Shown in pieces: positions 39,730-49,442 of a DNA stretch of 64,000 nucleotides. Numbering within the stretch: the stretch's first letter is position 1; every line of letters begins with the position of its first letter. Below the pieces are notes generated by a model. That model made no database searches and had not been told where the DNA came from. It was given only the letters and a program-made list of their open reading frames with translations. This DNA comes from Spirochaetia bacterium. Its GTDB lineage: Bacteria > Spirochaetota > Spirochaetia > DSM-2461. The stretch is taken from assembly GCA_963666985.2 (NCBI GenBank), contig CAXXIA010000001.1, forward strand, positions 256,001 to 320,000, written 5' to 3'. The position numbers and the translations under genes are program-made.

Positions 39730-40656
39730 ATGAAGAGATTTCTGTTTCTTATCCCGGCACTTGTTGCCATCGCTTCGGTATCATTCGTGTCCTGCTCCAA
39801 AGAACAGCCGGCGGCAGAAGCTCCCAAAGCGGAAGCGGCGCCGTCCGCTCCCTCCGTTGATCCGGTTGAAGACGCCGCAAATGCTTATTTCGCGGATTTC
39901 CCGGGCGCCCGGATTATCAAAGAAGATGCTTTCCTTGAAAAAGTGAAGGCCGGGGAATCTATGACCATTCTGGATATCAGGAGCGCCAAGGATTACGAGA
40001 CATCTCATGTCCGAGGAGCCGTGAATCTTCCCTGGGGGCCGGCCATCGCCGACAAACTTTCCTCGATTCCTCGGAGCGGACAAGTTTATGTCTATTGTTA
40101 TACGGGGCAAACGGCCGGTCAGGCGGTTGCCGTTTTGAATGTCGCCGGAATCCCGGCTCAAAGCGTTCGTTACGGCTTTGTGCGCGGAATCGGCAAGGTC
40201 GAAGGCTATGAAGATGCCCTCACAAGCGATCCCGCCGAACTGACCGGATCATTTTCTGTTGATCCCGCCGTTCAAGCGGCTGTCGATGCCTATTTTGCCG
40301 ATCTCGGAGAACCGCCGTTTAAAAACAACATCATCAGTGCATCCGATGCGGCCGCCGTTCTGGAAGCCGGTGAAGATGTGCAGTTCGTGGATGTTCGCAG
40401 CGCTGAAGATTATGCCGCCGGTCACATCGAAGGAGCCATGAACATTCCCTTTGGGAAAGGAATGCAGGAGTCGTTTGCAAATCTTCCGTCTGATAAGAAA
40501 TTGATTGTTAACTGCTATAGCGGACAGACAGCCGGGCAGACCGTCGCGATTCTTAATCTTCTCGGTTACGATGCGGCCAGCATCAACAGCGGAATGGATA
40601 CCCCCTTAACCGGTGATAAAGGCTGGGCTAATGAGGGATTTCCGCTCGTTAAGTAA
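39730..40656 (+). CDS. Double rhodanese-domain lipoprotein
   Basis: Lipobox FVSC and two internal repeats, each with a catalytic Cys loop (YCYTGQTAGQ, NCYSGQTAGQ). Confidence 0.9.
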   Translation: MKRFLFLIPALVAIASVSFVSCSKEQPAAEAPKAEAAPSAPSVDPVEDAANAYFADFPGARIIKEDAFLEKVKAGESMTILDIRSAKDYETSHVRGAVNLPWGPAIADKLSSIPRSGQVYVYCYTGQTAGQAVAVLNVAGIPAQSVRYGFVRGIGKVEGYEDALTSDPAELTGSFSVDPAVQAAVDAYFADLGEPPFKNNIISASDAAAVLEAGEDVQFVDVRSAEDYAAGHIEGAMNIPFGKGMQESFANLPSDKKLIVNCYSGQTAGQTVAILNLLGYDAASINSGMDTPLTGDKGWANEGFPLVK

Positions 40657-40685
40657 TCATCGATGACCTTTCGTTTTTGAGTTTT

Positions 40686-42408
40686 GGGGCTGTCTCATAA
40701 GAGGCGGCCCTTTTTCATGTCTGGAAGAATTCCCTTCTGAATTCAAGGGTGGTAGAATTCTTCATGGACACTAAAAAGAAGGCTACATTCAAAGATTACG
40801 AAATCAGCCAACAGATGCTCCTGCCTCCAAGTCTCGATGAACTGCTTCCCGCAAACCATATATCCCGCACAATCAACAACTTCATCGACACGATGGATAC
40901 CAGTGAGCTCTTCAACGCCTATCCGGGAGGCGGTGCCAGCAGCTACCACCCGGTGATGATGCTGAAGGTTCTGGTGTTGGCCTACTCGAAACAGCTGTAT
41001 TCCTGTCGTCAAATCGCAGACGCTCTTCGTGAGCAGATATGCTTCATGTGGATCAGTGGTAATAACCGTCCTGATTTCCACACGATAAACAGATTTCGTA
41101 ACGGTCCATTGAAGAAGAGCATCGAGAAAATCTTTGCCTCAATGGCCAACAGCCTCATCGAGAGCGGACATGTCCAGATGGAGAACTACTTTCTCGACGG
41201 CACAAAAATCGAATCAGCAGCTAACAAATACACATGGGTATGGGGCCGGGCGACAGACAAGTTCCAGAAGCGCCTGGCCGGCAATATGGATGAGCTTTTC
41301 GAATACATCGACCGCATCAATGAAGAAGAGGATGAGAAGTACGGCGACCATGACCTTCCCCATGTGGATCCTCAAGGCAGGCCGATGTCGGAGATTCTCG
41401 AAGATGCGGTATCCAAGCTCAATGAAGAGCTGCGCAAGGATCGGGAGGAGCGAGAAAAGAAGGAGATTCAACGGAGATTGAATACCGCTAGCAAGGACTA
41501 TCTCCCTCGTGCCAAAAAGTATGAGCAGCAGAAGAGAATCCTCGGCGACCGAAATAGTTACTCGAAAACAGACTATGATGCGACTTTCATGCGGATGAAA
41601 GAAGACTATATGAAAAATGGTCAGCTCAAGCCCGGGTACAACATCCAAATGGGTACTGAGAACCAGTTCATCCTCGGATATAGCATCCACCAGAGTCCCG
41701 GTGACTCCCTGACATTGCCGCTACATATGGAGAAACTGAAAAAGAATCTGAAACGCTATCCGAAAAGAATCATTGCTGATTCAGGATATGGTAGTGAAGA
41801 GAACTACCAGTGGTGTGAGGATCATGGTGTCGAGAAGTACATCAAGTTCAGCTACTTCCACAGGGAGCGGAAACGGAAGTTCAAGAAGCAGATTCATATG
41901 AAAGAGAACTGGGACTATCGTGCCTCTGATGATACATACCGGTGCCCCAAGGGTCGCCGATTCAAACACGAGGAGACCAGAATCTCGAAAACAGGTTCAG
42001 GATTTCCGACCACTGAAAAAAGGTATACAGGCCCTGGATGCCAAAGGTGTTCTCTCCGAATCCGGTGCTGCAAATACGGAGGCAAAGAGCGCATCCTGAC
42101 GGTTCGTCCAAACCTGGAACGGCATAAGTCTGAAGTGCGCAAGTTGCTGACTTCAGAGGAAGGACTGAGAATGCGCTCTCTCAGGCCGATTGAAGTCGAA
42201 TCTGTATTCGGAGATATCAAGACGAATATGGGATTTCGGAGATTCCGAACCAGGGGATTGAAGATGGTCAGTACTGAATGGGGACTGTTGAGTATGGCTC
42301 ATAACATGAGGAAGCTACAGAAACGATAAGGGGATGGGAGGGAACCTCCCGTCTTCGGAGGTCAACCAAATTTTAAAAGGGGCTGTCTCAAACTAATGAG
42401 ACAGCCCC
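40686..42408. mobile_element. IS1182-family insertion sequence
   Basis: Transposase bounded by the 13-bp inverted repeats GGGGCTGTCTCAT (40686) and ATGAGACAGCCCC (to 42408), flanked by TTTT on both sides. Each end also forms its own hairpin, so the exact boundaries are ambiguous. Confidence 0.85.
40764..42329 (+). CDS. IS1182-family DDE transposase
   Basis: YHPVMMLKV, PDFHTINRFR, DGTKIE, SYSKTDYDATFMRMKED, KPGYN, ADSGYGSE, VESVFG, HNMRK. The frame is intact. Confidence 0.93.
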   Translation: MDTKKKATFKDYEISQQMLLPPSLDELLPANHISRTINNFIDTMDTSELFNAYPGGGASSYHPVMMLKVLVLAYSKQLYSCRQIADALREQICFMWISGNNRPDFHTINRFRNGPLKKSIEKIFASMANSLIESGHVQMENYFLDGTKIESAANKYTWVWGRATDKFQKRLAGNMDELFEYIDRINEEEDEKYGDHDLPHVDPQGRPMSEILEDAVSKLNEELRKDREEREKKEIQRRLNTASKDYLPRAKKYEQQKRILGDRNSYSKTDYDATFMRMKEDYMKNGQLKPGYNIQMGTENQFILGYSIHQSPGDSLTLPLHMEKLKKNLKRYPKRIIADSGYGSEENYQWCEDHGVEKYIKFSYFHRERKRKFKKQIHMKENWDYRASDDTYRCPKGRRFKHEETRISKTGSGFPTTEKRYTGPGCQRCSLRIRCCKYGGKERILTVRPNLERHKSEVRKLLTSEEGLRMRSLRPIEVESVFGDIKTNMGFRRFRTRGLKMVSTEWGLLSMAHNMRKLQKR

Positions 42409-42790
42409 TTTTTTGTTCGGTTTTGTGAAACGGATAGGGGCATCCCAACACTTTCCAAAGCCATGGCAATCCCTATTTTTATCTCTTCCCATGAAATGTC
42501 GAATGCCTTATCCGTATCGACCCGATGGACAATTACAAGATTTTTCTCGGGAAAAATGATGAGGGCGTGGACGCCGAGTCCGGTATGATAATAACCGGGA
42601 CCAATGGGATTATCTGCCGGAATGATTCTCCAGAGATAACCGTAAGGATCTCCGTGCTGATCCGGGAGCGGTGTAACCGAGATGCTTTCCTGAATCCATT
42701 GAGCGGGAACAATGCGATTCCCATCCCATGTTCCTTTGTTCAGATAAAGCTGTCCGAATCGAGCCGGATCCAGGGTCGACATCCGAAAGG
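42393..42790 (-). pseudogene. C-terminal fragment of a beta-lactamase-family serine hydrolase
   Basis: MSTLDPARFGQLYLNKGTWDGNRIVPAQWI, YGYLW, HTGLG. The N-terminal SxxK part is absent, and the stop codon lies inside the IS right-end hairpin. Confidence 0.7.
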
Positions 42791-42944
42791 AATACGTTGG
42801 ATGCCGCGTTTTTTTCGGACTTTCTGATCTAAAACAGGCGGGAATTAAGAACACGATGGATGGAAGAAGAACAAAGAGGAGTGCGGTTGAAATTCTTTTT
42901 TCGATTTTTTCCCTTCTTCATATGATTAACACCAGCGATATTCG

Positions 42945-44645
42945 ATGAAAGCTTCCCGTCCGTATATTATGGAATCGACGATGAAAGATGTCATTGGTAA
43001 AACGCCGTATCGGACCATACTCGCCGCAATCATAATTTTCTTCTATGTGTTTTTACATCTGCTCACTCTTTCCCGCCATCCTTTCGTTCATTCCGACGAG
43101 GCATGGCTGGCCGTGTTGACCAGAGCGATGATTGCGGAACGTTCTCCGGCCGCGACCGAGGAGGTTTTTCGTCTGACACCGCGTTATCCGCATGCTCTGA
43201 AGACACTCTATCATGTCTTGCAGATGCCTTTCTTGGCCGTTTCCTGGTCCGCTTTCGCCGCACGGCTGCCGTCTCTGACGGCCGGAATCGCCGCTTTGTT
43301 TTTTTTATCAAGAATTGCTCAAGAGTGTGGTCTGAGGGGGTGGAGGCGCTTCGTGCCGTCGGCTCTTATGTCCGTCGATCCGCAATTTTGGTACTCGGCG
43401 CATTTCGGCCGGCAGGAAATGATCCTTGTCGCCTTGTTTCTATGGGCATGGAGCCTGAAGGCCCGCAATAAATCGGCGGCACTTACAGCCCTGCCTCCGG
43501 CGGCCGGGATTTTCATTCATCCGAATATTTTTATTATCGCTCTGGCAATCGGGGCGCTGTACGCGGCGGATCTCCTAGGCTGTATCGGAAAGAAAAACGC
43601 TTGGAAGCGGCCGCTTACGAATCTCGCTGTTTTTTCCGGTATTCTTGCCGCCTCGGCCGCAGCCGCCCTCGGGGCGAGTGTTCTCATGGATTCCGGCTTT
43701 TTGAACCATTATACGGACTTCGGAGATCGTGTCGGAGCAGGCGATTCCATAGCAATGAAGATCTTGGGTTTGCCCAGGTTTCTCGGCAAAATGTGGAACC
43801 GCCGCGCGGGCACCTACTACCTGGCGGATGTACGTCCCATGTTTGTTCTCGGTTCGCTGGGATACTTAATAACCGCCGTTCGGGCGATTTTTCAGAAAAA
43901 AGGCCGCGGAAGACTTCTTCTCATTCCGTCTCTTCTTGTCGGAATTATTATTGTGGGAAAATATGCTCCGCCGACGGTCGTTTTCCTTATGCCGTCGCTC
44001 TATCTCGCACTCGGCGAGGCCTTTTTTGGTGAATGGAATGCGAAGGGACTTTATCGCCGCTATGGGAAAAGAATCACTCTCGCCGCGGCGGCTGTATCAT
44101 GGATCCTTCCGGCCGTGATTTCCTTCTCTGAAGTCCGAGAATCGCTGATGAAGCCGAGTTACACCGAATATGTCCGATTTCTTCAGGAATCCGTAGGTCC
44201 TCTGAACGGGGATGAGCGGATTCTTGTTAATTTGAATGCCGCCTTCGCTTTCGGGTACGACACGCTGGTAATTTGGAGGGATTTGACGCCTTTGAGCGGG
44301 AATCATGCCAATGAAGGCCGTGATGGAGAAACAAAGGCCGCTTGGATTGGGAACAATACCGCAGAAAGCCTTACCACCGGCATGTATGGGGATTTGGAAA
44401 CTTTTTTGGATAACCAATGCGTCTCTTGGATTGTTCTCCCGGACGAATTGAACTACATCTACGAACGGCGTCCCGTATGGAACGCTCTTTACGGAACTCC
44501 CGGATGGTATCCTCCGCTGATGGAAATACTGGAACGGCGGGGCGAGGAGATTTCACGGGGGTTTTTCCCGAATTATGCGATGAGGATTGTGCCTCTTATG
44601 AAATCAAATAATTGGAGTGTCGGTGTCTATCGGCTAAAGCAGTAG
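42945..44645 (+). CDS. GT-C superfamily (ArnT/PMT-like) membrane glycosyltransferase
   Basis: TM followed by acidic HSDE motif, ARLPSL, HFGRQE, HPN; many TM segments and a C-terminal soluble domain. Start uncertain (42945-42981). Confidence 0.72.
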   Translation: MKASRPYIMESTMKDVIGKTPYRTILAAIIIFFYVFLHLLTLSRHPFVHSDEAWLAVLTRAMIAERSPAATEEVFRLTPRYPHALKTLYHVLQMPFLAVSWSAFAARLPSLTAGIAALFFLSRIAQECGLRGWRRFVPSALMSVDPQFWYSAHFGRQEMILVALFLWAWSLKARNKSAALTALPPAAGIFIHPNIFIIALAIGALYAADLLGCIGKKNAWKRPLTNLAVFSGILAASAAAALGASVLMDSGFLNHYTDFGDRVGAGDSIAMKILGLPRFLGKMWNRRAGTYYLADVRPMFVLGSLGYLITAVRAIFQKKGRGRLLLIPSLLVGIIIVGKYAPPTVVFLMPSLYLALGEAFFGEWNAKGLYRRYGKRITLAAAAVSWILPAVISFSEVRESLMKPSYTEYVRFLQESVGPLNGDERILVNLNAAFAFGYDTLVIWRDLTPLSGNHANEGRDGETKAAWIGNNTAESLTTGMYGDLETFLDNQCVSWIVLPDELNYIYERRPVWNALYGTPGWYPPLMEILERRGEEISRGFFPNYAMRIVPLMKSNNWSVGVYRLKQ

Positions 44646-45359
44646 TTCATAACGCCGCCGCATACGGATCATTTCCCGGAAGAAATCCGGACTTTCGGAA
44701 TCCCTTTCCGGGCCCAGCGGATTTTTCTCGGGAGGACTCAGCTCTCCTTTTGCGTTCATGTAGACGATACGGTCGGCCAGCACCAGCGCTTCGCCGACAT
44801 CATGAGTCACTAATAATATGGTAAGATCCCTGCCGCTTCGTATTTCCGCGAGAACCCGGTGGAGTCTGCTCCTAATCTCGGCATCCAGAGCGGCGAAAGG
44901 CTCGTCCAGTAGAAGATATCGCGGATTCGCCGCCAGAGCCCGGGCCAGTACGGCCCTTTGGCGCATTCCCCCGGAAAGCTGGACGGGATATAAAGAACCC
45001 GCGTTCGGAAGTCCTACAAGCGACAACAGAAAATCTGCGTCGGCTCCCTCCGATCCGGCCGCGCCCATACGGCGGGGAAAGTCGATGTTGTCCGCAACGT
45101 TGAGCCAGGGAAGAAGCTGATTATCATCCTGCAGAATAAGCTGTCTGTCGGCGGAAGGAGAATAAACCTCGGCTCCGTCGATGAGAATCCGTCCCTGTTC
45201 CGGCGTATCGAGTGAGGCCGCGCATCGAAGAAGGGTGGATTTTCCGCAGCCCGAAGGGCCGAGCAGGCAAGTCAGCGAGCCCGGCTCCACCGTCAAGTTG
45301 AGGCCGGAGAATACGGGCGGTTTCTCCGGCCAGCATCGGGTAAGACCTTCTAATATCAT
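44634..45359 (-). CDS. ABC transporter ATP-binding protein (NitT/TauB/SsuB type)
   Basis: GPSGCGKST, LLPWLNV, LSGGMRQR, LLDEPF, VTHD. Start MILEG overlaps the permease stop. Confidence 0.92.
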   Translation of the reverse strand: MILEGLTRCWPEKPPVFSGLNLTVEPGSLTCLLGPSGCGKSTLLRCAASLDTPEQGRILIDGAEVYSPSADRQLILQDDNQLLPWLNVADNIDFPRRMGAAGSEGADADFLLSLVGLPNAGSLYPVQLSGGMRQRAVLARALAANPRYLLLDEPFAALDAEIRSRLHRVLAEIRSGRDLTILLVTHDVGEALVLADRIVYMNAKGELSPPEKNPLGPERDSESPDFFREMIRMRRRYELLL

Positions 45360-46180
45360 GGAACGATTTCTCCCCATTTTTTTCGTACGCGGGTTTCCCA
45401 TCGTCCCAGTAGAAAATCTTCCATGGCCATGCCCGTGAGCATCACCGTGATTAATGCGGCATAGAGGGCGGGACTGTCCATCATGACGCGGCTTTCGAAA
45501 AGCTGCCATCCGAGGCCTCCCATGGTTCCCACCGCGCCGAAAACCATCTCCGCGGCGATAAAGGCCCTCCAGGCGCGGGCCCAGCCGATGCGTATGCCGG
45601 AAATCAGATGCGGGAAAGCTCCCGGCAGGGAAATATGAACGAACGTCTTCCACCGGCCGAGGGAGAGATTCCGTGCGTAAAGCGTCCATGCGGGAACCAA
45701 GGACCTCATCCCGGATTCCAGATTCACGAAGATGGGCCAAAGAACGGCATGAACAATAATAAAAAGAACCGCGTTGGTGCCGGTACCGAACCAGAGAATT
45801 ACCAGCGGCATAAGCGCCAGTCCGGGCAGGGGATGCATCAGGGAAGAGAACACCGAAAGGATGGACGCGGCCGTTTTGTTGGAACGGGAAAGAAGAACAA
45901 GAGCTAAAGCGCCTGCTAATCCGAAGAGAAGACCGGCCGATACGACGGCCAGTGATAAGAGCCAGCGAATCGGCAGTTCTCCGGAAACCGTATCGTTCCG
46001 GAAGGCCAGGAAAATATCCGATGAGGACGGCATGAGCAGGGGATTCGGCTTTATGATGAACCGGATTATTTCCCACAGAACGGGCAGGGCGAGAAGCCAG
46101 AGCCATCGGCGAGAGGCTGAAAATCGGGAACGGAAAACCGTGTGACGGGGCTTGCAGAGATTTTTTTCCGATTGCTCCAT
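45356..46180 (-). CDS. ABC transporter permease (NitT/TauC/SsuC type)
   Basis: PLPGLALMPLVILWFG, SGIRIGWARAWRAFIAAEM, GGLG. Confidence 0.92.
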   Translation of the reverse strand: MEQSEKNLCKPRHTVFRSRFSASRRWLWLLALPVLWEIIRFIIKPNPLLMPSSSDIFLAFRNDTVSGELPIRWLLSLAVVSAGLLFGLAGALALVLLSRSNKTAASILSVFSSLMHPLPGLALMPLVILWFGTGTNAVLFIIVHAVLWPIFVNLESGMRSLVPAWTLYARNLSLGRWKTFVHISLPGAFPHLISGIRIGWARAWRAFIAAEMVFGAVGTMGGLGWQLFESRVMMDSPALYAALITVMLTGMAMEDFLLGRWETRVRKKWGEIVP

Positions 46181-46204
46181 AACGTTCGCTGGAAACCCCT
46201 TATT

Positions 46205-47320
46205 CTATGGCGTTACGAGAACACTGTCGTCCAAATGGGTTTTGAGATATCCCTCGGCATACATGAAGTCTCGAAACCTCTCCATACCGTATATCTGTTC
46301 TCCGTATTTCAAAATACCGGAGTGAAAAATATCGGAGAGTTCGCCGGGTTCCATTGCGTATTGCTCGGCCAGGAACTCCGCCGCTTTTTCCGGATTCTCT
46401 CCAATCCATTCGGAGGCACGGGCCAGTGCGCGGCGAATCCCTTTCACCGTTTCCGGATAATCCCGAATCAATTCATCCGTGAGGACGGCGATGATAAAAG
46501 TGAATTCTCCGCCGAAGGCTTCTTCTCCGTCCAGAATGAGATGGGCTTTCCCCGAATCCAATTCTTTACGGAGGTAAGGCGGCGATGTGAAATGAGCTTC
46601 CACTTCAGTTCCCGATAGGAGAGCACTCATACCATCCGGATGCTTAAGGGTAATAAGCTGATTATCGAAACGTCCGGCGTCGCCGAAATTCCTTTCGGCC
46701 GCCATCGCCAAGAGAATGTGCTGAATACTGCCGGGCTGCGGCAATGCGATCCTCATATCCGGAGGAATATCCTCCAGGGTAAGGATGCCGGGACGTACGG
46801 CGGCTAGGCCGAGCTCGGCTTCGGCCACGGCCGAAATCGCCGTCCAATTCATTCCTTTGTCTTTACCGATGAGATACGGAGGGATTCCCATGAATCCGCC
46901 GTCCATTCTTCCCGCCAGGATCGCTTCCCTGACGGTTGCCGCATTTCCCGCCTTTTCCCATTCGATTCGGATTCCGGGAAGTTCTTCTTCGAACCAGCCC
47001 ATCCGCCGAGCGACATTCACGGGTGCGTATGCCAGACCGTATTGTTCGGCCAGAATGAGTTTTTCAGGGACGGTGCTGCCGGTCTCATGATTCTTGGGCT
47101 CGCGAGGAGAACAGGAGAGGAACAGAAAAGAGGCAAAAACGCCGAAAACAATGACTGTGAATGGAAGGGAAAAACGTTTGAAGTTATGGGCACATTCGTC
47201 GTTTTTTCTCCATATGGATTTTTCAGCCGATGTTTTTAACGTCGTCTTACGGCGGTCGGCCGTGTGTGTTTTTAAATGATCGCATCGTTCATTCGGCGCG
47301 CACGGAAGTTGAGCTTTCAC
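46205..47320 (-). CDS. ABC transporter substrate-binding lipoprotein (NitT/SsuA type)
   Basis: Hydrophobic stretch + FLSC, QYGLAYAP, IALPQPGSIQH, AHFTSPPY. Start position uncertain. Confidence 0.85.
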   Translation of the reverse strand: MKAQLPCAPNERCDHLKTHTADRRKTTLKTSAEKSIWRKNDECAHNFKRFSLPFTVIVFGVFASFLFLSCSPREPKNHETGSTVPEKLILAEQYGLAYAPVNVARRMGWFEEELPGIRIEWEKAGNAATVREAILAGRMDGGFMGIPPYLIGKDKGMNWTAISAVAEAELGLAAVRPGILTLEDIPPDMRIALPQPGSIQHILLAMAAERNFGDAGRFDNQLITLKHPDGMSALLSGTEVEAHFTSPPYLRKELDSGKAHLILDGEEAFGGEFTFIIAVLTDELIRDYPETVKGIRRALARASEWIGENPEKAAEFLAEQYAMEPGELSDIFHSGILKYGEQIYGMERFRDFMYAEGYLKTHLDDSVLVTP

Positions 47321-47361
47321 AGTGTTTTGGAACTCCTCGGCCCGCAGACGGTACGGGTCTT

Positions 47362-48621
47362 TTATTTGGGGTTCAGAGTATAGCTAAGCGTGTTTCTTAG
47401 CAAGTTTTCACCATTCGGATTCAAAACCTTCATGCGCCGTATCGCTTTTTTTAAGGTACGGTTCACGGCCGCCGTGTTTGGGCCGTGTACAACCATGTAT
47501 GCGGCCCTCTGCACGGAATTCTTAACGGTGCCGACAACCGATCCTATCGGCAGGAGATAATCGAAAGCGCTGACTCCGGGGAGTCCTCGGACGGTATGTT
47601 TCGAACCGAGAGAGGCAATGGCTCCCGTTCCGCAGAACATCAGCGGAACGGCAAAGGCAAAGGAGTTGACGGGAACGGCGAAAGCGGGATTATCGGGATC
47701 GGCGGAACCGTTCGCCGCTCCGTCGATAAGAATATCGAGAAGATCGACTCCGCAGATCGGCGGCAGCGATTCATCTTCGAATGCCCCGCCCAAACGAGCC
47801 GCCGTCTCGTTGACGAGAATCCCCTCGTTTGTTACTAAAAATTGATAATAAATCGGTCCTTCTTCTACACCCAGGGCCGCGGTGCACGATTCAACGAGAT
47901 GTTTTGTTTCTTCCCTCCGGCCGGATGCATAAGCGGAAGGGTAGCGATGCGCCATGCAGATTCCTATATGCGCATGGAAGTCTTTCGTAACTCTGTCCGT
48001 TACCGACCAAATCCGCACACTGCCGCGGTGAACCCAGCCGGAGACGGTTATTTCTCGATTCGAATGATATTCTTCCACAATAATTCTTTTCCGCAGCGAC
48101 CATTCCAGAGCTTCATCCCGCGCGGCCGTAAAGCATTCGGCCGAATCAACGCGGAGAACACCGCGCTGTCCCTGACTGTCTACCGGTTTAACCACGTAAG
48201 GCGGCTTTAATCCTCGGAGAATTTCGATTCCGTCGTTCGAAGAGGCGAACCGAAAGCGAGGAACCGGCAAGCCGGCTGAAGCCAGCGCCGTTTTCATAAC
48301 CTCTTTGTCGGTGACCGTCCGGGCGGTTGTTTCGGAAAGGAAAAACGGACATCCCCGAGCCGATGCCGCCTTGGCCGCGGTCAGTACGGGCTGATCCGTT
48401 CCTGCCGTAAGAACAGTATCTACCCGATATCGTACGGCGGCATCGGCCGCCGCCGATGCATTTCGGGTATCGGCGGCGATGAACTCATCGGCATAAGGCG
48501 CGGCCGCGCAGAGAGGATTTCTATCCTGCAGAACGACTTTAATGCCCCGCTCCTTCATGCGCCGGATTAATCGAAGCTGTCCGCGGCCTCCTCCGATGAC
48601 CAAGTAAACGGAATTTTTCAT
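47362..48621 (-). CDS. ATP-grasp domain protein
   Basis: IGGGRGQ, GTDQP, TDKEVMK, VVKPVDSQGQRGV, VEEY, VNETAARLGG. Confidence 0.88.
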   Translation of the reverse strand: MKNSVYLVIGGGRGQLRLIRRMKERGIKVVLQDRNPLCAAAPYADEFIAADTRNASAAADAAVRYRVDTVLTAGTDQPVLTAAKAASARGCPFFLSETTARTVTDKEVMKTALASAGLPVPRFRFASSNDGIEILRGLKPPYVVKPVDSQGQRGVLRVDSAECFTAARDEALEWSLRKRIIVEEYHSNREITVSGWVHRGSVRIWSVTDRVTKDFHAHIGICMAHRYPSAYASGRREETKHLVESCTAALGVEEGPIYYQFLVTNEGILVNETAARLGGAFEDESLPPICGVDLLDILIDGAANGSADPDNPAFAVPVNSFAFAVPLMFCGTGAIASLGSKHTVRGLPGVSAFDYLLPIGSVVGTVKNSVQRAAYMVVHGPNTAAVNRTLKKAIRRMKVLNPNGENLLRNTLSYTLNPK

Positions 48622-49442
48622 GGCGTTTCCTCGGCAATCAGATCGGCGGCGATGTCGCCGGCCGTCCTTTGATGCTTCAAAAAGCGGCGGATCATTCTGG
48701 GAATCGGACCGTAATACCACGCAAGAGAAAGTTCCAGACCCATGAGAACGCCGAGATTGAATCGTCCTTTATCACCGTATTCCCAAGCGGGTGTCGGCAT
48801 CATTTCCACCTTGGGAGCGGGCCTTAAAGAGAGGATTTGAGCCGAGAGGTAAGGAAAGGGCATTGGAGCATCAAGCAAACGATTCACCAGTTCTCCGGAG
48901 ATGGCGCGATAACTTCCCACTCGGATCGATTTCGGCGAACCGGTCAGCAAAGACATATGGAGTTGATGAAGAGCCGAGGCCGCCCTCCGAATCCCTCGTC
49001 CGGGTCTTTTCGAAGGAAGCGCATAGACCGCGCCGCAGCCGCCGTCCAATGCCTTCAGCAAATCCGGAACGGCCTTAGGCGGATGCGATAAATCGTCGTC
49101 CATGGTGATCACGGAGCGGTTCCCGCAGCGCGTCAGACCGGCAATGAGCGCCGTTTGCTGCCCCCCTCCGCGATGAAGTTTTATCCCTCGGACCGGTATC
49201 GCGTTCCTTCTTTCTTCACGGCTCATTTGAAGAATCGTTTCCCAGGTTTTATCCGTGCTTCCATCGTCGACAAAAAGCAATTCTCCCCGGCCGAATCTCT
49301 CGGTAATATCGAAAAAAACCTCGTTCAGCCGGTTCCGAAGCATATGAAGTCCGTCATTGCCGTTCCTGACCGGCACCAAAACGACATACCCCTTATTGAA
49401 ATCGCTCTTTCGGAGAGCGGGATTTTCCTTTGTGCCGTTCAT
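48618..49442 (-). CDS. Family 2 glycosyltransferase (GtrB/ArnC/DPM-like polyprenyl-phosphate GT)
   Basis: VLVPVRN, FVDDGSTDKT, GQQTALIAGL, ITMDDDLSHPP. Start overlaps the upstream TGA. Confidence 0.85.
   Translation of the reverse strand: MNGTKENPALRKSDFNKGYVVLVPVRNGNDGLHMLRNRLNEVFFDITERFGRGELLFVDDGSTDKTWETILQMSREERRNAIPVRGIKLHRGGGQQTALIAGLTRCGNRSVITMDDDLSHPPKAVPDLLKALDGGCGAVYALPSKRPGRGIRRAASALHQLHMSLLTGSPKSIRVGSYRAISGELVNRLLDAPMPFPYLSAQILSLRPAPKVEMMPTPAWEYGDKGRFNLGVLMGLELSLAWYYGPIPRMIRRFLKHQRTAGDIAADLIAEETP

Noticed and set aside
35935..40656. Selenocysteine recoding in the sulfur operon
   Set aside because: All catalytic positions are ordinary Cys codons, and no in-frame TGA interrupts the genes.
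44634..46106. 490-aa ORF as an extended ABC ATPase
   Set aside because: The N-terminal half is an alternative frame of the permease gene; the ATPase starts at 45359. The same applies to the extensions listed for 48618..49817 and 49442..50044.
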